Shown here: positions 1-5,851 of the stretch, one piece after another
Position numbering within the stretch: position 1 is the stretch's first letter
How the letters are laid out: each line of letters starts with the position of its first letter
NCBI RefSeq assembly: GCF_035285525.1
Contig: NZ_JAYKGW010000068.1
Coordinates: 1 to 8,483, forward strand
Length of the DNA stretch: 8,483 nt
Source: Okeania sp.
GTDB taxonomy: Bacteria > Cyanobacteriota > Cyanobacteriia > Cyanobacteriales > Microcoleaceae
Reading direction: 5' to 3'
Notes under the pieces: generated by a model
Seen by the model: only the letters and a program-made list of their open reading frames with translations
Told to the model about the DNA's origin: nothing
Database searches by the model: none
Made by a program: the position numbers and the translations under genes

Positions 1-2
1 AT

Positions 3-128
3 CGAAAAACACTAATTAAGGAATTAGTTAATGGGCAAGGACATGAAGTTATATTTCTCCCTAAATACTCTCCAGATTTAAATGATATAGAACAGGACTT
101 TGGTGCATTAAAGAAGAAAAGAATGTAA
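3..128 (+). mobile_element. 3' fragment of an IS630/Tc1-mariner-family DDE transposase gene (the 5' part lies outside the window); possibly a pseudogene
   Basis: Frame 3 reads RKTLIKELVNGQGHEVIFLPKYSPDLNDIEQDFGALKKKRM*. The FLPxYSPDLNxIE block is the conserved segment holding the last catalytic acidic residue of IS630-family transposases. The stop is TAA at 126-128, but the same frame stays open (EGKDKSIDDVIRDYCASSVSHSYSE) to TGA at 204-206, so the TAA may be a disabling mutation. Confidence 0.7.
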
Positions 129-358
129 GAAGGAAAAGACAAATCCATTGATGATGTTATTAGAGATTATTGCGCTTCGAGTGTGTCCCACTCTTATTCA
201 GAATGACTATATTTGTTATTGCGAAGGAATGTGTTTGCGTAGCATTCCGGACCGAAAGCAATCTCAGGCCAACTTCGTATTGCACCATTTTAAGATGAAA
301 CAATCTACTACATTACTATAAAATTAAAAAGTTAATCTAAACAATTATTAAGGATAAA

Positions 359-880
359 ATGTTATCTACTACAGAATTACTTATCGCTACTAAATGGTTT
401 GGTATTGCTACAATTGGATTTTTGATTTTGGCAATTATTGGCTTTATTTTGAAATGGGGATTTAGATTTAGATTAGTGGGAGTAACAGGTTTTATGGGAG
501 TGCTAACTGCTGGTTTATTTGGTTTAAGTTTAGGATTATTTAACCGGGTAGAAATTCCAGGTTCGGTTCCATATACATTAGTTTATGATAATGGTGGAAC
601 TAAAACTGTAATAGCTGTTTCTCCAACTATTTCCGAATCAGAATTAACCGCAACTATGGAACAAGCAGCAGGAGATTTATTTTCATCAGGCCGTTTAGGT
701 GGAGAGGATAAATTAACGATTAGAGTTAGAACAATTATTCATCCAGAAATAGGTGTTTCTGAACCTCTTTATTTAGGACAAGTTAAACGTTCTTTGTTTC
801 AACGAGAAGATGAAAATATAGAGTTGAAAATATTTCCAGAAACTTTAGCAAAGTTAGAAAATTATCAGACTCAAATGTAG
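359..880 (+). CDS. Ycf51-like (DUF2518-type) small membrane protein
   Basis: The 173-aa ORF has two N-terminal hydrophobic helices (WFGIATIGFLILAIIGFILKWGF and LVGVTGFMGVLTAGLFGLSLGLF) followed by a soluble domain. Size and layout match the cyanobacterial/plastid Ycf51 family as I recall it. AAGGA lies 5 nt upstream of the ATG. Confidence 0.5.
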   Translation: MLSTTELLIATKWFGIATIGFLILAIIGFILKWGFRFRLVGVTGFMGVLTAGLFGLSLGLFNRVEIPGSVPYTLVYDNGGTKTVIAVSPTISESELTATMEQAAGDLFSSGRLGGEDKLTIRVRTIIHPEIGVSEPLYLGQVKRSLFQREDENIELKIFPETLAKLENYQTQM

Positions 881-932
881 CACAGACATCTTGCCTATAA
901 AAGCTTTATTGTTATTAGATTTAGCAATAAGT

Positions 933-1192
933 GTAGGTTGGGTTGAGGTATGAAACCCAACAAATATTTTGTTTGTTTCACTCCATTTAATTCAACCTAT
1001 ACTTTTAGCTTTATCAGTCTACTACTAAAGTGAATAATGGTTATAATATCAGATAAAAAAAGTAATCTAGTAAGGTGTGTTATGCAGTAAAAATTTAGAC
1101 TATGAAAGATATTTAACAATCTGTCGTAAGCCACCATTTTATATGTGTCAATACTACTCTAATGTTGGGTTTCGTTCCTCACCCCAACCTAC
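933..1192. repeat. MITE-like unit: two inverted copies of a 30-nt hairpin repeat flanking about 200 bp of AT-rich DNA
   Basis: 933-962 is GTAGGTTGGGTTGAGGTATGAAACCCAACA. 1163-1192 is TGTTGGGTTTCGTTCCTCACCCCAACCTAC, which matches the reverse complement of the first at 27/30 positions. Each copy is itself a hairpin (GTTGGGTT...AACCCAAC). This motif family is common in Nostocales intergenic DNA. Confidence 0.6.
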
Positions 1193-1204
1193 ATCTATAA
1201 AAAA

Positions 1205-1211
1205 AAGGAGA
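1205..1211 (+). promoter_or_regulatory. Shine-Dalgarno-like site (AAGGAGA) for the NTPase gene
   Basis: GGAG at 1207-1210 lies 12 nt upstream of ATG 1223. Confidence 0.5.
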
Positions 1212-1222
1212 ATGTTTAATAA

Positions 1223-2539
1223 ATGACAAATCAAAGAGATTTATTGAAAAGATTATTCAATGCTTTTAAACCTTCTGAACCTTTAAAACCTGGCAGTTCA
1301 GTATATGTTAATTGTCAGGATGTTAGAGGAGATGGAGATGTTATTACAGATTTAGCAGAGAATATTAAATTATCTGATAACAATACTTGTCAACTTTATG
1401 CCGGACATCGAGGTGCGGGTAAATCAACTGAACTTTTACGACTTAAAAAACACCTGGAAGATCATGGATATTTTGTTGTTTATTTCGCTGCCGATGAAAA
1501 GGATATTAATCCGGAAGATACGGAATATTCTGATATTTTGTTGGCTTGTACCAGACATTTATTAGAACATCTGAAACAAGCTAATCCTGAACCATTATTA
1601 GATTGGTTAAATGCACGGTGGTCAGATTTAAAAGATTTAGCAAATACAGAAATATCTTTTAAAAATTTAGATATTGAATCACAAATTAGTCAATATGCAA
1701 AACTTACGGCACATATTAGAGCTGAACCTAGTTTAAGAAAAAAAATTAGAGATAAAGTTAATCCTAATACGGAGAGTTTAATATCAGCTTTAAATAGTTT
1801 TATTAGTGAAGGGAAAAAGAAACTTAGTTCATATTCCCAATTAGTAGTAATTGCTGACAACTTAGACCGGATTGTACCAATTTATCAGTCAGAAGAACGT
1901 ACTAATCACGATGAAATTTTTATCGACCGTAGTGCCCAATTAAAAGGATTAGATTGCCATACGATTTATACAATTCCTATTTCTATGATTTATTCTAATC
2001 ATGCTCTTAATATGAAAGCTGAATATGATGATTATCAAGTTTTACCAATGATTATGGTGGCAACTCCCGAGGGAGAAACTTATGAATCAGGAGTTGCTAA
2101 AATGAGGAAAATTATTGATAAAAGGGTTCAGGAAATTAAACCAAATTTATGTTTAGAAACAGAGTTATTTGAAAGTCGAGAAGTTTTGGATAAAGTTTGC
2201 TTAGTAAGTGGAGGTCATGTTCGGGATTTAATGTTTTTAATGCAAAGTGTAATTAAACGTGCTGGAGGTAAATTACCTATTACTGCTAGAGTTGTACAAA
2301 GAGCAATTACGGAAGCTAGACTTTCTTATATAAGGTCTATTCAAGAAGAGGAATGGCAAGTATTGGTAGATGTTTTTCGTTCTAAAAAAAAGTTAAATAA
2401 TCAACAGTACCGTAATTTATTATTTAATCGTTGTTTGCTAGAATATGTTTACTTTGATGAAGAGAGAGAAAAGCAAGTTTGGTATGATGTTCACCCATTG
2501 ATTAGAGGTGTACAAAAGTTTCAGGAGTTACTGCAATGA
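1223..2539 (+). CDS. STAND/Arch_ATPase-like (ORC/Cdc6-related) P-loop NTPase with no fused sensor or effector domain
   Basis: 438-aa ORF. Walker A is GHRGAGKST (aa 61-69, nt 1403-1429). Walker B is LVVIADNLD (aa 207-215, nt 1841-1867). A sensor-1-like strand TIYTIP follows. A GGxxR motif (VSGGHVRDL, aa 328-336) sits at the start of a helical/winged-helix-like C-terminal part, as in Arch_ATPase/AAA_16-type STAND NTPases. The N-terminal lead-in (YVNCQDVRGDGDVITDLAENI) resembles the segment before the P-loop in ORC/Cdc6-like ATPases. Confidence 0.75.
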   Translation: MTNQRDLLKRLFNAFKPSEPLKPGSSVYVNCQDVRGDGDVITDLAENIKLSDNNTCQLYAGHRGAGKSTELLRLKKHLEDHGYFVVYFAADEKDINPEDTEYSDILLACTRHLLEHLKQANPEPLLDWLNARWSDLKDLANTEISFKNLDIESQISQYAKLTAHIRAEPSLRKKIRDKVNPNTESLISALNSFISEGKKKLSSYSQLVVIADNLDRIVPIYQSEERTNHDEIFIDRSAQLKGLDCHTIYTIPISMIYSNHALNMKAEYDDYQVLPMIMVATPEGETYESGVAKMRKIIDKRVQEIKPNLCLETELFESREVLDKVCLVSGGHVRDLMFLMQSVIKRAGGKLPITARVVQRAITEARLSYIRSIQEEEWQVLVDVFRSKKKLNNQQYRNLLFNRCLLEYVYFDEEREKQVWYDVHPLIRGVQKFQELLQ

Positions 2540-2548
2540 AGGGAGAAA
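2451..2548 (+). repeat. Copy A of a 98-bp duplicated gene junction (3' end of the NTPase gene plus the first 13 nt of the TPR gene)
   Basis: It aligns without gaps to 2684-2781 with roughly 10 mismatches. It contains the functional NTPase stop (TGA 2537-2539) overlapping a relic ATG (2536-2538, ATGA) followed by AAGGGAGAAA, which is the same MKGE start as the TPR gene. Confidence 0.9.
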
Positions 2549-2555
2549 TAAGCGA

Positions 2556-2665
2556 AGACCTCTCCCCCAACCCCTCTCCTGCAAGGAGAGGGGAGAAATT
2601 TTCCCCCTTCCCTTGCAGGGAAGGGGGTTAGGGGGTTAGGTTTTACCCACAATTTTAGTCTAGAC
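2556..2665 (+). repeat. GC-rich double-hairpin repeat element, copy 1 (core 2556-2644, arm 2645-2665)
   Basis: The core holds two perfect palindromic hairpins, CCCCTCTCCTGCAAGGAGAGGGG and CCCCCTTCCCTTGCAGGGAAGGGGG. Their flanks CTCCCCCAAC / GTTAGGGGG are themselves complementary, and the core ends in TTTT. The arm is ACCCACAATTTTAGTCTAGAC. A second copy lies at 5852-5980. This is a typical Nostocales intergenic repeat family. Confidence 0.85.
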
Positions 2666-2683
2666 AAAGTATATACTTATTAC

Positions 2684-2781
2684 ACTTTGATGAAGAGGAA
2701 AAAAAGCAAATTTGGTATGATGTTCACCCATTGATTAGAGCAGTACAAAAGTTTCAGGAATTAGTTTAATGAAGGGAGAAA
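2684..2781 (+). repeat. Copy B of the duplicated gene junction (relic NTPase 3' end plus the functional start of the TPR gene)
   Basis: It reads FDEEEKKQIWYDVHPLIRAVQKFQELV* in frame, against FDEEREKQVWYDVHPLIRGVQKFQELLQ* in copy A. The relic stop TAA (2767-2769) overlaps the functional ATG (2769-2771) as TAATG. Confidence 0.9.
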
Positions 2782-4070
2782 AAATTGTTTCGGAAGAGGA
2801 TTTATTATTAACATTTGCAGAGGAATATGAAGCTTTAGTAGAGAATATTAGATTTAGTGAAGGTTTTTGTTTATTGTTTGTGGAATGTTCCCCAGTACAG
2901 GGAACAAAAATTATGGAGAAAGTTCGCCTGGATATTCCTGAAGAAAAAGCGGAAGTTTTGCCTTTAGATAAGACTATTTATAATTTTTACAATCGAGTCA
3001 AAGAATTTTCTAATCTGAAAAAAATTGATATTTTATTTGTGACTGGTTTGGAATATTCTCTGTATCAATATGAGGATGAAATGAAAGAGAGAGGTTGGGA
3101 TGATAATGAGATTATTTCTATTAGTAATAGAGGAGTTCCTCCAGTTTTAGTTAATTTGAATCAGCAGCGAGAAAGATTTAGGGATGATTTTGATATTTGC
3201 TTTGTGTTTTTGTTACCTAAGTTTGCTGTAGATTATCTGATTAAACGTGCCCCAGATTTTTTTGATTGGCGTTCTGGGTTATTTCGTTTTCCTATGGATA
3301 AGGAAAATTTAGAGCATGAAACTTTGCAGGCTTATTTCAAAAGATTAAAAAAAGAAGATTATGAAAACCTCACGCCTCAAGAATATAAGAAAGAATTAAT
3401 TGAAATTCAAAGTTTAATTGATGAGGATCATCAAACTCTGGAAAGAAAGGTAGATTTATTAATTGAGGAAGGTAGATTAAACAGCAATATCGGGAAATAT
3501 TTAGAAGCGATTTCTGCTTATGATAAAGCTTTAGAATTTAAACCAGAAAATGACCAAGCTTGGTACAATAAAGGCATTGCTCTGAAAAATTTAGGAAGAC
3601 ATGAACAGGCGATTTCTGCTTATGATAAAGCTTTAGAAATTAAACCAGATGATGACCAAGCTTGGTTTCATAAAGGTGTTGCTTTCCTACAGTTAAAATT
3701 TTATCAACAAGCAATAGTTGCATATAAAAAGTCTCTAGATATTAAACCAGACAATGAAGGTTCTATTAGTAATCTTGGCTTAATTAAATATGAAATAGGA
3801 AAAATAGATGAAGCAATAGAACATTGGCAAGCAGCGCTTAAAATTAATAACCAATTTGTAGAACCTAAATTAGCAATAGGAGTTGCCCTCTATAACAAAG
3901 GTGAAATTTCAGAAGGTTTAACAATAGCTAAAGCAGCATTAAAATTAGATAAAAGTTGGGGAAACTTACAGCGTCTCAAAAAAGAACTTTGGGGCAAAAA
4001 ACTATTATCAGATACAGCAAAGTTATTAGAAAACCCTCAGATAAAAGCCTTACTTTTATTGCATATATAG
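2769..4070 (+). CDS. Two-domain protein: N-terminal degenerate P-loop-like alpha/beta domain (aa 1 to about 180), a helical linker, then about 5 TPR repeats (aa 236 to about 405)
   Basis: 433-aa ORF. Clear 34-aa TPR units are present (AISAYDKALEFKPENDQAWYNKGIALKNLG, AISAYDKALEIKPDDDQAWFHKGVAFLQL, AIVAYKKSLDIKPDNEGSISNLGLIKYEIG, AIEHWQAALKINNQFVEPKLAIGVALYNKG, and others). The N-domain shows the pattern strand-loop-helix FCLLFVECSPVQGTKIMEKV (a degenerate Walker A position), then IDILFVTGLE (Walker B-like strand), then LNQQRERF and ICFVFLLP. Calling this domain an inactive NTPase fold is my inference. Confidence 0.8.
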   Translation: MKGEKIVSEEDLLLTFAEEYEALVENIRFSEGFCLLFVECSPVQGTKIMEKVRLDIPEEKAEVLPLDKTIYNFYNRVKEFSNLKKIDILFVTGLEYSLYQYEDEMKERGWDDNEIISISNRGVPPVLVNLNQQRERFRDDFDICFVFLLPKFAVDYLIKRAPDFFDWRSGLFRFPMDKENLEHETLQAYFKRLKKEDYENLTPQEYKKELIEIQSLIDEDHQTLERKVDLLIEEGRLNSNIGKYLEAISAYDKALEFKPENDQAWYNKGIALKNLGRHEQAISAYDKALEIKPDDDQAWFHKGVAFLQLKFYQQAIVAYKKSLDIKPDNEGSISNLGLIKYEIGKIDEAIEHWQAALKINNQFVEPKLAIGVALYNKGEISEGLTIAKAALKLDKSWGNLQRLKKELWGKKLLSDTAKLLENPQIKALLLLHI

Positions 4071-4211
4071 AATAGAAATAGTCAGTTTATTTTCTGAAGC
4101 ACTCAGCACAGAATAAGACTAACAAATTAATCCGTGTATCCGTGGCATAATCCCTGTGAGCTATCCGTAGCATAATCCCTATGAGCTTAGAAAATCCTCA
4201 GATAAAAGCCT
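4026..4211 (+). repeat. 25-bp direct repeat (4026-4050 and 4187-4211, 24/25 identical) bracketing a 136-bp insert that contains a 25-bp tandem duplication (4138-4162 and 4163-4187)
   Basis: The two repeat copies are TTAGAAAACCCTCAGATAAAAGCCT and TTAGAAAATCCTCAGATAAAAGCCT. The internal tandem is ATCCGTGGCATAATCCCTGTGAGCT followed by ATCCGTAGCATAATCCCTATGAGCT. Confidence 0.85.
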
Positions 4212-4236
4212 GATTATCTAATACTAATTCTTGAAA

Positions 4237-4344
4237 GGTGCATCTCAAGTATTTACAAAAATACCTTTTTTATATTCCCCATTTCCCATTCCCCATTTGC
4301 TAAAAATTTATAACTTTTAACTTCCTGCAAAATTGAGATGCACC
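4237..4344. repeat. Module bounded by an inverted repeat and enclosing STRR-like heptamers
   Basis: A perfect 12-bp inverted repeat, GGTGCATCTCAA (4237-4248) and TTGAGATGCACC (4333-4344), encloses ATTCCCC ATTTCCC ATTCCCC (4274-4294). Confidence 0.75.
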
Positions 4345-4356
4345 AAACAAAACTAA

Positions 4357-4478
4357 TATCATGTCCGGATAATAAGTTCTCAAAAAACTTTTCCCTTTAA
4401 ACCTTTCTTTTCCTTCTGCCTTCTGCCTTCTGCCTTCTGCCTTCCTTACTCAAAAATTTAACTATTCCGGACATAATA
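4357..4478. repeat. Module bounded by an inverted repeat and enclosing (CCTTCTG)x4, immediately 3' of the ArsA-family gene
   Basis: The inverted repeat is TATCATGTCCGGA (4357-4369) and TCCGGACATAATA (4466-4478), 12/13 complementary. Four perfect CCTTCTG heptamers plus a degenerate fifth lie at 4412-4446. On the minus strand this would fold in the 3' UTR of the 4483-5670 gene. Confidence 0.75.
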
Positions 4479-4482
4479 TAAC

Positions 4483-5670
4483 CTAAACTTTTGCCACTTC
4501 AGCAAACCTAATCTTCAAATAATCATCCTCCATTTTCGCCCCCGCAGGTTGCAACGCTGCTAAAGCTTGAGGCAAAACCAAATTCCGACGATGATTACCA
4601 ATTCTAATATTCAATTCATCCCCAGTTTTATTCAGTTGAATTTTCTCCTTCGGAATACCAGGCAAATATAACTGCAAATTATAATTACCCTTCTCCTGCA
4701 CCACCTTAACAGTATTTTCCTTATAATAAACCTGACTAGGATCCTCATCTCCATAAAGAGTTTCCTTCAATCTTTCCAAAGCAGCCAAACCACACATTTC
4801 CTCAGAATAAAGAGGCACTTCCTTCACAGGTAAAGGTCTAAAATTATCGTGAATTTCTTGCCGATATTGCTGTTGATTTTCCTTCCATTTTTGAAAGAAA
4901 GGATCGGTTACAGAATCAGGAATAATTCTATTAGCAACTACTAAATCTGTAGAAACATTATATAAACTTAAATAAGCATGAGCCCTTAAAGACTCCTTAA
5001 TAACCATCTTCTCAGGATTAGTAACTAACCGCACAGAAGTCTTAGTATTATCAGTCAAAACCTTTTCCAAAGCCTCTATTTGTTCATAAAATTCATAAGG
5101 AGCATCCATGACTTCTTTATCAGGCAAAGAAAAACCAGTAATAGGTTTAAAAATAGGCTCAAAAAGAGGTCTCAAAGCAACCGACATTCCCTGCAAAGGT
5201 TTATAAAACTTCCTCATATACCAACCCCCTACTTCCGGCAAACTCAAAAGTCGTAAAGCAGTACCTGTCGGAGCAGAATCAATAATTAAAACATCATATT
5301 CCCCCTCATCATAGTGCCGCTTCATCCGCACCAGACCAAAAATTTCATCCATTCCCGGCAAAATAGCCAACTCCTCAGCTTGGACACCATCCAAACCCCG
5401 CGCCTGCAAAACTTGAGTAATATAACGCTTCACAGCTCCCCAGTTTCCCTCAAGTTCCATCAAAGCATCCAACTCCGCACCCCAAAGATTTTCCCTAACC
5501 TTCCGAGGTTCGTGACTCATTTCCATATCAAAGCTATCTGCTAAAGAGTGAGCTGGATCGGTGCTGAGAACCAAAGTTTTATGGCCTAACTCCGCACAAC
5601 GTAGTCCCGTTGAGGCCGCTACCGATGTTTTGCCAACCCCACCTTTTCCCGTCATTAATATTACGCGCAT
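4483..5670 (-). CDS. arsA: ArsA/GET3/TRC40-family ATPase with a C-terminal HSP20-like (alpha-crystallin-type) domain
   Basis: 395-aa ORF. It has the deviant Walker [12 protein letters not shown], the motif [13 protein letters not shown], and the ArsA/Get3 signature [16 protein letters not shown]. The C-terminal part, [38 protein letters not shown]...YLKIRF, resembles the ArsA_HSP20 domain. It is the cyanobacterial single-domain ArsA/Get3 type, so the symbol reflects the family, not proven arsenite transport. Confidence 0.9.
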   Translation of the reverse strand: MRVILMTGKGGVGKTSVAASTGLRCAELGHKTLVLSTDPAHSLADSFDMEMSHEPRKVRENLWGAELDALMELEGNWGAVKRYITQVLQARGLDGVQAEELAILPGMDEIFGLVRMKRHYDEGEYDVLIIDSAPTGTALRLLSLPEVGGWYMRKFYKPLQGMSVALRPLFEPIFKPITGFSLPDKEVMDAPYEFYEQIEALEKVLTDNTKTSVRLVTNPEKMVIKESLRAHAYLSLYNVSTDLVVANRIIPDSVTDPFFQKWKENQQQYRQEIHDNFRPLPVKEVPLYSEEMCGLAALERLKETLYGDEDPSQVYYKENTVKVVQEKGNYNLQLYLPGIPKEKIQLNKTGDELNIRIGNHRRNLVLPQALAALQPAGAKMEDDYLKIRFAEVAKV

Positions 5671-5851
5671 TGATTATTTAACCTTTTGTGAAAAATTTTT
5701 ACATATCTTAAACTTTAGCAGTTTTTGACTTTTCCAGAATGTCGTGGCATTAAGGAGATTTTTCAATATCACAATTATGTATTTTTGTCAATAATATATA
5801 GTAGTTGTAAAAAATTAAACTGAGAACTATTTACGCTTGATAATGCAGGTG

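Noticed and set aside
226-248. Small hairpin GGAATG-11 nt-CATTCC between the IS remnant and the ycf51-like gene
   Set aside because: The stem is only 6 bp with no T-run. It could be part of the IS end or a dispersed repeat, but the evidence is too weak to call a terminator or regulatory site.
1042-1047. Perfect TATAAT hexamer as a promoter -10 for the NTPase operon
   Set aside because: There is no convincing -35 (CTACTA at the 17-bp spacing), and TATAAT-like hexamers are expected by chance in DNA this AT-rich. It is mentioned only as something to test by TSS mapping.
2536-2631. 31-codon ORF MKGEISEDLSPNPSPARRGEKFSPFPCREGG starting at the ATGA overlap with the NTPase stop
   Set aside because: It is the relic start of the TPR gene in junction copy A running into the hairpin repeat. 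It may be translated by coupling, but it is a by-product of the duplication and not an independent gene.
3507-3682. Two ~74-nt near-identical nucleotide stretches spaced 102 bp apart
   Set aside because: The period is exactly one 34-aa TPR unit, in frame (AISAYDKALE[FI]KP..DQAW). This is an internal TPR-unit duplication within the CDS, not a separate element.
1223-4070. Assigning the NTPase-TPR pair to a named defence system (Avs, Septu, Gabija, PARIS, IetAS and others)
   Set aside because: No effector or partner domains characteristic of those systems (nuclease, protease, OLD/Toprim, ABC-type ATPase signatures) are visible, so only the generic STAND-plus-TPR analogy is defensible without searches.
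5314-5544. 76-aa plus-strand ORF
   Set aside because: It lies entirely antisense within the well-supported ArsA/Get3-family CDS. The product is low-complexity (rich in Q, S, L, T and P) with no motif or ribosome-binding site. I treat it as a chance ORF.
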